The position numbers and the translations under genes were made by a program. From assembly GCA_964252035.1 (NCBI GenBank), contig OZ176216.1: 64,000 bases of DNA; one strand, 5' to 3'. The notes under the pieces are model-generated. The model ran no database searches, was not told the DNA's origin, and saw nothing but the letters and a program-made list of their open reading frames with translations. The DNA is from Podarcis erhardii. Its lineage: Eukaryota. Below are positions 51,701-63,897 of this stretch, one piece after another (the stretch's first letter is position 1; each line of letters starts with the position of its first letter).

Positions 51701-52305
51701 AGCTGCCAAAAGTCAGTCCAAACATGTAGGTGGCACAGGCCACCTAGGATAATGTTCAGCAAAAAAATTTTTACTGCTTCTGTCCCATCAGTTAGAGATG
51801 GGAACACAAAAGTTAATTTTGTCCCAAAATATTCCAAATAAGACAGCTTTGTTTTGCAATAATTGAGAAGCTAGCTGTATCTGAATATATATTTTCCTCT
51901 TTTGAATGCTCTTGCAAGGCTTGGACGTGTTTTGAAATGTGCTTGAGCTTCTTACTTGTATAGTGCTTGTGTAACTTTTAGGTGCTTAATAAAAGCAGCC
52001 ATTGTTCTCTGACTTGAGGTCTTGGAGGTTTAAACCAAAAAGTCTGTAAGTAGGCCATAAATAGTTTAAAAGAGTCTCAGTAACGTGCTTCTTATATTAG
52101 TTGCCGTATTGTTTAACTCTTGTACTCTGCCTGCTCAGCATTTAAACACTTGCATATTACATATTTCATCGTACAGTTCACTCTTTTTCTCTCATAAGAA
52201 AAATGTGACTCCCACCTACCTGCGAGTAAGTTCAGCTGAACTTTCTTTTGAGTAGACAGGATTAACCAATTGTGATCAACAAAATGAGCTGCATTCAACT
52301 CTCAT

Positions 52306-52926
52306 CTGTGGTTGCAAGAAGCTGCCAGCGACAGCTGCCACACTCCAGGAACGGCTTTGACGGACTGGCTAAACCAGGGTAGCCTGTGGATTTCAAGCCC
52401 CTTGTGAGTTAGGGACTTCCCCAGCATGTGAAGACAGGCTCTGGCAGACTAAGAGGACGAGACCTATCGTGGGTCCTACGGTCAAGAAGGCGGTTTCTGC
52501 ACGAGTTGTAGAGGGAAATGAGGGACAGATAGGACTTGTAAACCTGGGAAGATAGCCCATCGAGGAGATGGGAAATTCTGATTCTAAACCTTGCAGCTTT
52601 ACTCATTCATGAGAAAGGCTTTGGGAGTAAACCCCCAAGGAACAATCTGTACCCACTGCTTTGTGGGATACCTTCTGGAGAAGAAAAGGCCAAGAAGTAA
52701 AAACCCTATACAACTCCACAGTGGAGTCCCTAAGATGGTTGGATGGCGTGTTGTATGCCTCCTTCCGGCAACTTCTTCAGCCAAGCTGGTGCCAAACATA
52801 TTGCTCTGCTTTCCTTTGGACCACATCAGCAAGGCGTCTGGGCAGCCCAGGACCTCCATACACACTGCCCAGGCTTGCGCCTCAGAGAGGTCACTTGGGT
52901 GCTGCAAATGCAGCAAAAAATCTCCC
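52306..52926 (+). mobile_element. Non-autonomous RTE-clade retroelement derivative (5'-UTR-like sequence) with TSD
   Basis: Motifs ggagatgggaaattctgattctaaacc, gaaaggctttgggagtaaaccc, ggagtccctaag, ggtgccaaac...tttcctttggac and actgcccaggcttgcg resemble RTE 5' UTRs as I recall them. Flanks tcaactctcat (52295-52305) / tcaactcttcat (52927-52938). Confidence 0.55.
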
Positions 52927-54931
52927 TCAACTCTTCATGTTACACGCTTTCATCCATTCATTCTTTTTTTTAAGTGACCGTAGTATGTGCCCTTAAATAT
53001 TATCCAAAGCTGGGTTATAGTTTGCAAATGTAGGTGGTAAAATACGTAGCTCAGTGCAAAGCGCAACAATCTTTGGTTCATTCCAAAATAGTGTCAAGTA
53101 TTTTATTCCAGCCAGCTGAATCTAAAGGATGCTAATGGCAACTCCAATTGAATCAATGTGTTCTTGCTTTTATAGCTTTGTTTTTGTTGAATATGTGAAC
53201 CAATGGTCAAGAAAACAGACACTTGTAGCACTGGCAAAATCTATCAGCTATGCAGGTCTGCCTTGTGAAATCTTCTGAACAAATTGTGTGTGCGCACACG
53301 CATATGCATGCTCTTCCTCGTCACTAACCATGACACACCAAGGTTGTTTTGTTAGAGTTCTTCGCTGCTCAATTATGTCTCTATAAAGTGTCCCCGCTCT
53401 GTTACGAGAGCTATAATTAACTCGCCAAGGCGCTAGTCAGCCAGATTTGGCCAGGCGCCATGAAATCAACCCCAATTACTATATTCGCATTGTCAGTAAT
53501 GCCCACTTCACAGTTCCTGCTAATTTGAAATGGCAAGTCCCAACATCCCGTAAGTAAAATTACCATTTGTGTCCTATTCTATTTGTGATATTTGCTCCCA
53601 TTATTTTGGCTACATGAAATTGGTTGATGAGAATTTTCTGAAAATGGTTGGTAATTGTAATGATTCTGAGGGAAGCGCAAGAGACCCCAAGGTTATGCTG
53701 TTTGTTCTTCCTCTCTAATTTTGCAATTGACACAAATGCTGCGCTCTCTCATTATTGCTTCTGCTGCTGCCGTAGCTGAAAGAATATTTAGAGTTAGGTC
53801 AACAGTGTTACTATTGTGTTATTATATTCATATAGGGCTGTCCCTATTCATGGCAGGAGACTTTGCAGAATAACAGAAAAAAACAAACAAACGGGCTACT
53901 GCTACAAGGAGATTAAAATCAAAATTTTGACGGTGGGAAAGATGACATGGAAAGAGGAGGAAAGAGAGACGCAATAGAATTAATGAGGGAGGGGGCAAGT
54001 GTCACTGCTGGTTTCCTTTGGGGGATAAAGACTAAGGGACTAAGCTATAGAGTTTATGGGGAACATGTTTCTTTTGGGGGGGATTTGAATGGAAAAAGAG
54101 AAGTGGAATTGCATTCATTCTCTGGGAGGACATCCCATGTTTAGGAGGAAGCAGGGGGGGGGGAGTATGGACTCATTTAAGAGTGCAGGAGACTTTAGCA
54201 TGGCTGCTGCTGCTGGAGTTGGCACAGTGAAAGTAATAGGGAAGTTTATAATTGGGGAAAAGAGGGTGCGGCAAGACATTGGATAGCTTTGATTGGATGG
54301 ACTAAGGAGCTTGTGCTTGGCATAGAAGGGATGATTCTCACTTCTGCGTTCTTAATTTCCATGCTTTAGGGTTTGCTTGTGAACCCCAGTTTGCCCAAAG
54401 TTCCTTATCCAGTTTTAAACACGAGCACTGTCCTGGCTTCCAAACGTGGTTAGAAAATTCTCCTACATGTCTGGGAGATTAATTAGGCAAGTAGCCTGCC
54501 AAGGTAGTTACTTGGGTTGTCAAGGTCCTTTAAGATCCTGCCAAGCTGGTCATGATTAACTTTTGCCCTTCACTATTCAAGAAGCAGCACAACAACATCA
54601 GCTTAGATTTTCTTCATTTCTGTATACCGAGTCCCTAATTGTCTTGCCTAATGATAATGTATCCCGGCTAGTTTTAAGTATGCTGTATTAACACAGTTAA
54701 AATTCAGCGTTCCGTCGCACTCCTCTTTTTGACTTAAATCAGCTTGCTGAATCGCTTGGACGAGAAGTATTATAGCTCAGCATTTACCACACAATAGTAG
54801 ACCTGGCTCATTAGCAACCATTATGTTCTCTGCTAAGAGTCCCATTTTCACATTCAAGCTAGATCATGCGAAGCAAGTGCACAATAGGCGCTCCTCCAAT
54901 ATTCAAGTTTTTGAATCATTTGGCACTCACA

Positions 54932-55026
54932 CAGGGGCCTTTCCCAGCTCTGTTTGGAGATGCTGGGGGTTGTCCCGGGGACCTTCAGTGTACACGGCAA
55001 GTGCTTTGCCACTGAGCTGCTGCTAC
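54932..55026 (-). mobile_element. tRNA-derived SINE 5' head fragment
   Basis: Reverse complement reads gcagctcagtggcaaagcacttgcc...gaaggtccccggga...ccagcatctccaaacagagctgggaaagg; same family as 33960. Confidence 0.65.
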
Positions 55027-56214
55027 AGTCCTGCCTCTGCCATGTCTAGGTTGGCATTTTGGATGTGGTTCATGAAACTGCCTGCAGAGCAGGCAGTACC
55101 AGATGATGTGAATGAGTCAAGTTCCACTGCCAAAGAAGGTGTGCTGACATTCTCTCCATCCAGTAACCAGTTTGACTTGGAAGTTCTGTATGGATAGGGA
55201 GACTGCCTAGTTATTTTTTTCTGAATCAGAGTATATAAAGGTGGCGCCTAGTGCTGTTGATTTCTTTGTTTTCCTTTTCCCCCATGTGAGTTGCCCTTCC
55301 TTTGTTGCAGCTCCTATTTCTGTTATTTATTTAATGGGCGGGGAAGAAATTGTCATATTTGGCATTTCATCACATACAAATTTGACATTCCAACAAGGTG
55401 TAACTTGTGGGCCATTTTTAGTATAACTACAGCCACGACTATTTATAGGGCAATAACCCGATTAGCAAATAATTTGGCACTAATTCCTTGAAGTGCCCAT
55501 GACATGACATGTTTTCCTCCCTCACAACGCAAGTTCTGCAGATTTTCCTCAGAATAAATGCTGTTTTATAAACCAGAGGCAAAATGTAGTGGGCTGTAAC
55601 TTAATTCTTTGGTCAGACTGGTTTTGGTACATTATAGCAATGTAGTCAGTGGATGGGCAGTCAACCCACAAGATTGCCTTCATGTGACTCTCACAATGGA
55701 GAAAATTTTGGTTAATAATATGTAGTTGAAGGACCAGGCCTAAGGTCTCTGGGAGCTGTTTCCTTAAGATGCATCTTTAAAATATTTCTTTTTGTATGCA
55801 AGTAATAAACATTTTCTCCCTGTTTTCTGTGATACTTGCACACAATCTATTTTAATACATTGTGGATTTTTTACAGTCCGTTTTTAGCTGCCCTGGGGCT
55901 CAGATTGGACAAAAAGTGTGAAAGTCATAGTGTCAGAAACTCTTGCACTGACTTAGGTACACAATCCTGTAGTCTGCTTATTTGTGTCCACCCTCACAGC
56001 AGCCCCTCCAAATTCATTCTGTCTGATTTTATAGTCTGATCTTATAGATAGGAAACAATGAGGAGAGTTATTAGTTCTCTTTTTTGTATCACTCACTACT
56101 GCATTCCTGAATTTCCTATCACTTACCTTCATTGGATGGCCCTGAGTTCTACATGACAGGAAGACGCACACACAACCCCCCCCCCCACACACACACCTCT
56201 AGCCACTTCTTCCA

Positions 56215-56640
56215 TAATATGTGTAATTAGATGTGCCTTTATCATGCCTCAAAAGTCCCAAATCTCTTCTCAGAGTACAGTTTCTCCAATCCCTTGACCA
56301 TTTTGGCTGTCCCCTTTAAACTTTTTCCAGCACTGCAATATCCTTTTTGAGGTGAGATGCCCAGAACTGTACACAGTATTTCCAGATTTGACTATACCAT
56401 ACATATGTATAAAGGTATAAATTTCCTCAATTACCACTGCATCTTGCATCCCTTTTAAAAGATTGGCTTCTATTAGCGGCTTTTCAGATCTCTATCTATT
56501 ACAGAGATTGATCTAAGGGACAAGTTACGTGTTTTTGTTTAGAAGATAAGCATTTTCACATTTGAGATCTTGAAGAACTGTTGGGTGGATACCATCAGAG
56601 CACAGTGATTTGTTCATTTTCAGCTTGTCAACAAGGCCTC
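56215..56640 (-). mobile_element. CR1 LINE ORF2 fragments, decayed
   Basis: atcccttgaccattttggctgtccc...aatatcctttttgaggtgagatgcccagaactgtacacagtatt and ttgggtggataccatc...gtgatttgtt are typical reverse-strand CR1 RT-region segments. Confidence 0.7.
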
Positions 56641-57112
56641 TGTAATTCGCTGTACGATTGCATGAGCCAGTGATTACGTCCATTTGGACTTAGTTTTTTC
56701 AGAAAGCCTGTTCTCTGTGGGCATCCTGAATTATTCATTCACCATGCACAAGAATTAAAATGTAGCTCTAGTGGGGTTTAAACAAACATGGTACTTGGCT
56801 CTCCCAAGTTGAAATCTGCCGCATTTGAGGTCAAGCAGCATGTCAGAGACACAAAAACAGAAAGGCGGACTTTAAATAAACAGACATGCTGCCCATCTTG
56901 TCCCCTGAGACACATATTGCACTCTGCAAAAGGAAAGATCTAGAACAGAGGAGACAGAATAACTGGGTTTAGTTAGAAAACGTACTTGCGGTTAAGAATC
57001 TGTTAAGGGATTCTCCAGCCTCTCCAATGCTGAATTCACAACCTACAAGAGATAATAACTTAACTATATGTTTATTTAAAATATTTATATACTTATTCTC
57101 ATTAAAATATTA

Positions 57113-57275
57113 AGAGCATAAGAAGAGCCCTCCTGGATCAGACCAAAGACCCACACAGTCCCACATCCTGTTCTCACAGTGACCAACCAGCTGCCTATAG
57201 AAAGCCCCAAAGCCAGACTTGAGTACAATAGTACTCTCCCCACTTTTGATTCTCCGCAAACAAGCTGAACCTCCC
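57113..57275 (-). mobile_element. CR1-type LINE 3' end
   Basis: aagagcataagaagagccctcctggatcagacc...catcctgttctcacagtgaccaaccag; cataaga-type tail in reverse. Confidence 0.7.
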
Positions 57276-58417
57276 AAATGCTGCTCTTGTGAGCTTTGAG
57301 ATGAAAAGGAGCTGCAAGTTTTTGACAGTGTTGGACCTGGGTGCCTCTGATGAAAAGCTGAACAAATAGGTTGATACCAACTCATTTGTTCCATTTCTCA
57401 CCAGAAAGCTGATGGGTGGTAAGGGTTGCGCAAGGCCGACTTTTGGCAACTGATTCTTTTGTGATAGCTGTTGTGTTGGCTTTGTATACCTTGACTACTA
57501 TCACATAGTTCTTGGCCAATGGCAAGCTGTTTTTAATACCATTATTCATCTCCCCTGTGCCTGTAGCAAAAGGTGCAGACAGAAGAACGTGTGATAAGGA
57601 ACCAGATTGGCAGCGTTCAAAGAGATTATAAAGCAGTTACCGGTAGCAGGATCCCAGTTTTCCCACAGAATACAGATTTAATTTTCTTCCCAGCTTTCAG
57701 GGGAATGCTCTCTAACCCATAATCTGTTTGCTTGGAATGATGGTATCAAAACCATGGTAGCTTCTTCAGGAACAGCAGCAGGCCTCAGTGAGTACTAGAA
57801 AAAGGAGCCAGATTGACACTTAAGAAGTTTCTTCATTCCTGCCCCCCACCATGCCTGTATGTTATATGGCAGAGGATCTTGTTGTCTTCCCTAATTCATG
57901 TCCATACATTTCTGAAACACTCCAGTCAGGTGAGTTTTTGGTTCCTGTGAATCAATCTTTTATTTATTTTTTTAGCTGACAAGTTTCTAGCTTCTGAGGT
58001 TTCAGAATTGCATCTTTAAAATGGCGGGTAGTCTTGCCCCAAGATTGGGGGAGCTATGGCACAAATGCAGGTTCATTTATCATGTTCCAGTATGCTGCAA
58101 ACTCGGTTGCAGTTGGTTTGAGCATCTCCAGTTGCATGATTTGTTTTGAGTATAATTTTTGGGTTGCTGTGATTCTATGTTGGCTCTGTGCTGTGGTTCT
58201 AGTGTTGACCCCAATTGGGAATTGTTCTAGAAAGATAAGAAGAGCAGCTCCATGTTCGAGGAGGAGGAGTTTGTTGCTTGACTGTGGGGACAGGAGAGGT
58301 TGAGGAAAGATGTGCAGAGAATAGGGCCTTTTGTGTCTGTTGCACAGCTGATCGCATTTGAGAGAGCCTTGAGAGTGATAAACTAGATTGTATAGATTGT
58401 GGTGGTTCATTTCACCC

Positions 58418-58459
<42 letters not shown>
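58418..58459. repeat. (AAT)n microsatellite
   Basis: Direct reading. Confidence 0.98.
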
Positions 58460-60448
58460 TCCAAACTGATTTAGTTAGAGATGGTAGCAAGATGGAGCAC
58501 TTCCACTACTGAACTTGATGGCTCTCTCATGTCACCTTCAGGACTCCCTATGGCTTTTGTCCGTGTTCAGCCAATCTCCAGAAGGCCAAGTGGTTTTCAG
58601 CCTCATTGGACCAGTGCTGGTGGGAGATCACAACAGGAATAGAGCTGGTTTTCCCTCTGCGGTAGAGTTCCTACCTGTGGACACAATTCCTTGAGAGTGA
58701 TAAATCAAAGCAGCTCTTGTGGGGGCAGGAGAGTTAGTGAAGACACCTCCCTAAAACAATTAGAGCAGAAGCCTGCATCTTGCCCACACCTCAAAGCACC
58801 CAAGACTCCCTGAGGTGCTGGAATGTGTGGGAAGAAAGAACCACCGAAGCCTTTGAATGTTACTTTTGTAAAGTGCATTATTACATGAATAGAGGTTGAA
58901 TTTGTCAGATGTTCCGATAATTCCCCTGCTCCTTTTTGATCATCCTTTGTAGAAAGTTCGTAATATTTCAGGACTCATCCCTTTTCGGACCCTGATCTAG
59001 ATTCAGGTTTTTATGGGAGTTGATGCAAATTTGGTTCAACTAGTGAATAAATGAGGTCACTGCATGTCTAAAGGTTCACTTTCAATAAGTTGGGCAACAT
59101 GGCTATAGCTGTAGTGCATGAGGCGTGCTGCCTTTCTCATGCCCCATGCACTCTGTCCATTATCTTTTCCTTAAGAATATTTTCTCTTCCTTTTGAAATG
59201 TTCCAGCATGGGGTCTTTAAGAGCGCTGTTATGGGTGGAAGGAAGTGCATTCATAATCAAAACAATGATTACTGATGCATTAATTGAAATGTGGAAAGCC
59301 GCTTGGAATGTGTGCTCCAACCCCGGGGGTGGGGTGGCGGGTGGGGGAGAGGAGATGTATAAATTCTTCCGTAATTCTAGCATTAGAAGTTATGGTTTCT
59401 TAATCTCCACAGGGGAAGATTAATTTCTCACTTTTCCTTTGTAATAATTTAAATTCACTTCTGTTTCTGTGATTAAAGGGATATGATGGAAATTTGAGGC
59501 GAGGGGGGCTTCATAGTGATGATCTTAAAAGACCTCATGCTGGTAAATGTAAAGGCAGCCAAATGATACAGGATTCCCCCCCCCCCCCGAAAAGGAGTGT
59601 ATTATCTGCAAGACTAGGAGTAGCTCGGTTAGTCTATAGCAGCAAAATACGAAGGGAGGTAGTGTTTTAATCTATTAAGAAACATGCGTGAGCTTGTGAG
59701 TCCTGTTTATGAGCCTAGCCACTGACTCCCCCCCCCCACATCTGTTTGAGATGTGGTGAATGGCTTGGTGAGACTGTGCCTTTTTAGTGGTAACACCTAA
59801 CTTGTGGATTTCTCTTACTTGGGAGACTCAGCCGTCTCGCTCATGAGTTAGGTTCTGATGGCAGGTTTTGAGTCAAGGACCCCAGAAAATGCTCTGTACC
59901 ATGTGCCCCCTTAATTATATATTTGTATCACGTTCAGAAAGCCAGGATACCAAGTGCTCCCTTCTCCGTTGTGGACCTCCCCCCACGCCACCCTCATCAG
60001 AGCTTCTCACAATCCTTCATGTTGAGATGTGCTTTACCACCTTCAAATCTTGCTTCCATCAAGAATAACATTGATCTCTAGTTTATTTGAGGCCTGGGGG
60101 GTGGGCTTTGTATTGAGATAGCGGTCGTGATGATTTGAAAATCCTCCAAACGCTCTGTACATTCTTGTTACTCTTTATTTATTCACCTACTCCATTTCAG
60201 GACGAAGATTGTCTTATACCTGTAGGGCAGTATGGATGGCCTTTATTCTGAATTTCCCCGTTAGCTGCATTGAGGCATAGAGCAAAGGGTGAGGCTGTGC
60301 CCATTGTTGCTCTGTCCCCTGAATAGGAAGGTACATATATGTTAGTTGGCATCAATCTACCAGCAGCCTTATGCTGTTTCTATTAACTCTCCTCACCCCA
60401 AACCTTTGGGACAACCTTTTGATGGGACAAACCCCAACTGCATAAATA

Positions 60449-60758
60449 CAGTCATACCTCGGGTTGAATGTGCTTCAGGTTGAGCGCTTTCGGGTTGCGC
60501 TCCGCGGCAATCCGGAAGTAACAGTGTGTGTTACTTTCAAGTTGAGCACTTTCGGGTTGTGCTCTGCGGCAATCCAGAAGTAACAGAGTGTGTTACTTCC
60601 AGGTTTTGCTGCTCATGCATGCGCAGACACTCAAAATGACGGCATGCGCGGAAGCGGCAAAACGTGACACGCGCAGATGTGCCGTCACATCTTACGTTCC
60701 ATTCAGGATGTGAACGGGGCTCTGGAACGGATCCCGTTCGCATCCCGAGGTACCACTG
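60449..60758. mobile_element. Tc1/mariner-type MITE, 310 bp, with an internal 62-bp tandem duplication
   Basis: TIRs cagtcatacctcggg / cccgaggtaccactg; TA flanks at 60447-60448 and 60759-60760; repeat units start at 60479 and 60541. Confidence 0.9.
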
Positions 60759-61376
60759 TACCCTGTAAAGGCTGGGTTAAATATAGGCAGCTTTTTTTTA
60801 CTCATGTGTTTGAAAGGAAGACTCCACCACTGGGTCCTCTCATCTTCCACCCCTCCAGCTGTGTTGCAGGAGAATCTCTGAAAAGAAAGGAGGAGGCTGA
60901 GTGACCACTCCTTTCTCTGTGACCAGCAGGTACATGAGCTGGCTGGAAGCCCCCAAGACGGCAGGTCAGGCCGATTGCTCAGTTTACAAGAACTACCCCC
61001 ATTTAGCACCAGTTAAGTAAGCAGAGATCTGTGTTCTTGCATGTTATAAATGATGTATTATGACACTGGTGTTCATCGGCTGATGGAAGACTTTGACATA
61101 AAGTGTGCTGGATTTTGTTCTTATTTTTAAAATACATTTACTCAGCACCAAGCGTGGTAAAATGTTGAGTTGTTGAGGTACAATGAAATTGCAAATATGT
61201 TATAAATATTTAAAGTGCTTTTAGCCCGAGCATTATTTTTCCTTCCCTTCCCCCCTGCAGTAGTTTTGTAAAGAAAATAATGGATTTTAGTTATATGAAA
61301 GTTGCGGGGTGGGGGGGAGTCTTGAGAAATTGCAGCGTTGGTTGGGGTGGCTGTCAGTACACAGGGTAATGCTATT

Positions 61377-61588
61377 NNNNNNNNNNNNNNNNNNNNNNNN
61401 NNNNNNNNNNNNNNNNNNNNNNNNNNNNNNNNNNNNNNNNNNNNNNNNNNNNNNNNNNNNNNNNNNNNNNNNNNNNNNNNNNNNNNNNNNNNNNNNNNNN
61501 NNNNNNNNNNNNNNNNNNNNNNNNNNNNNNNNNNNNNNNNNNNNNNNNNNNNNNNNNNNNNNNNNNNNNNNNNNNNNNNNNNNNNNNN
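61377..61588. other. Assembly gap (212 N)
   Basis: Run of N. Confidence 1.
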
Positions 61589-61984
61589 AACAAATTGCCG
61601 TGTGTGTACAGTCTGCCTAAGAGCTGGCTTTCAGAGCTTTTCCCCTTCCATGCAGAGCAGTCTTGAATCAAGCCACAGCGAAAGGCAGGGAAGAGTAAAG
61701 GAAGTGTCTTTGCTTGTGGGGAGCAGGGAGGGGGCCTGAGTTGCCAGAAGATAAATCAGTGCGGAAGCACAGTCTTGCTTTCTAAAAAACCCCAAACATT
61801 TTAGTTTAAGGTACGGCAAAGGCACCACGGCTGCATTGAGCTAAAACATTCTACTGAAACTTAAGAACAGTGCATTGTGTTTAGAACATATGGCTGGGAG
61901 GAAAAGATCTCCAACAGGCATCCACATGGGTGTGCTTAGACTTAGCAGACCTTTGCCTCCCCCCCCCCAAAAAGCAGCCCACCA

Positions 61985-61988
<4 letters not shown>

Positions 61989-62034
<46 letters not shown>
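61989..62034. repeat. (AC)n microsatellite
   Basis: Direct reading. Confidence 0.98.
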
Positions 62035-62036
<2 letters not shown>

Positions 62037-63897
62037 TTTCATTTCAGATTGCTTTTCCAAGCCTTCAGAAATGGTTCACCAATTTGACTGGAAGATGCAG
62101 AGACAATGCAGCACAAGGAGTGTCAGAAGCCTCCTTGTATTTTCTGGTCCTGGGGAGGGAGGTTTTCAAATGGAGCCCAACCCATGTTCAGGGGTTCTGA
62201 GGTCTTAAAGTCCTGCAACAAGAAGCTTCCCATCTTACCGCTTGCTTAATTTATTCCACTGAAATGCGTTGAAGGCAAACCATTGTACTGGCCGCCATGA
62301 CTCTGGAGGAAAGCCAAAGCCCTTATGAGCCCTATACCACACAGCCCTGCAAATTCAGTTTCAGTTTGCATAACTTAGGCATTCTCGGGTAGGTTACTGC
62401 TAGCATTGCCCTTGGTGTTCTTCCTGGGATTTTGTTTCTCAACAGCTTGGGAAAGAAAGCTTTAACTGACAGAATAGAATAGATGCATAAAGTGCTGGCG
62501 CATGGGTGTCTATTTTGCATTCCTTTAGAAATTTATCCGCTGTCGTTTTCTGCATTGTGTTTAACAGTTTCTAAGCTATTTTTTTTATTGCATTTTGCAC
62601 ATCACCTTGAGATGTGTCTGGAGGGCAAGAAATAAATAAATAATAATAAAAGTGGAAGATCAAGAATTGGGAACCTCTTGTGGGGAGAGAGTGTGACTTT
62701 GGAATAAAGCAGACTCCTTTATTGGAATGCGCCAACCTAGACCACTTCCAGTTCCTAAACATTTAGCACACATGAACCACTTATTTCCAGGGCTTTCTGG
62801 AAATGTTCTTTTAAAACAAAGGTTGTTTTAAAAAAACAAATCTGAAGCATTTACTGCAATTATGTGTTTGGGACAGTATTTCACATTTCATGACTCCCCA
62901 TATGCATTCTTATCTGGTGTGTGCTGGTGCTGCTTTAGATCTATGCTTTTGTGCCGGGGGGGGGGCATTGAAAAGTGCTGGGGCTCTTAATTTTTACAGT
63001 GCAGTCCATGAACAGAGATGTGATCTGTGCCTACCAATACCACAAGCACCAGGTGGTCATGCCAAGTAAATGGCAAATGGCCAACTGACTTCAGTGCCCG
63101 CCCCCACCCACCCCAATAACAAGTCCTACCTCCGAAGGGAGGAGTTAAAGGCAGAGGAGTCTGGCATCCAATCAGAACTGAATGGGTGAAAGCAGATATG
63201 TTCGGACTATGAGATGTCCATAAAAGATAGGTAGGGATGGGTCATTTTCGCGGGTAATTCTGCAGACCTTGTGCAGGCACCATAGAAAGCATCGGTGGAT
63301 GCCCTGGTGTCTGTGGTTGCTGTGTTGGACACTCACACACCAAGTTAAATAAATGCCTAAATCCATGTTCTAAAAGTTTTGCAATGGAACCATGAAAGCT
63401 GTTGGTCTTTGTAAATCTTCACATCTATTCATGTTACTTAACTTGGCTCATGTTTTTTGATTCAGGTGGCTCCACCTTGGCTACTTTCATGTTTTAATGA
63501 GTTTGATCGTTGTTCCATATAAGTGTGGCATAAGCGGGAGGCAACAACTTTGAATTGTGCTTTGAACATACATACACTAAGTGAATTTGATGGAATATCT
63601 CTTTAAAGTGAGGTCCATTTATAATTCTGCTTCTCAGCCCTTCACCAAACAGTTTACATTGAAAGTGTGCTAGGCTGTGAAAAGTTAAAACAGGACCCCA
63701 AATTACCTTGTGGATGGATCCTATTTTAGAACTGTTTATTCAAATTCTTGCCATAATTTGTGCAATAGAAGAACAAATATAAGATCAGCTTGGTTTCTTT
63801 TCTTTTTTAAAGACTTTCTAATAATTTAACAGGATTTTACTACCTTCGCAGTTATATTCAGAATAACAAAAAAGTAAAAATTGTTCTAAGTTCAATA

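Noticed and set aside
52591-52996. Several overlapping ORFs of 76-128 aa
   Set aside because: They fall inside the RTE-UTR-like repeat and show no RT or endonuclease motifs.
58052-58098. Peptide GTNAGSFIMFQY resembling the CUX1 first exon (MAANVGSMFQYW)
   Set aside because: Lies downstream of the shared exon, needs an insertion, lacks WKRFDL and lacks a donor; coincidental.
61309-61739. ORFs spanning 61309-61739
   Set aside because: Artefacts of translating the N gap.
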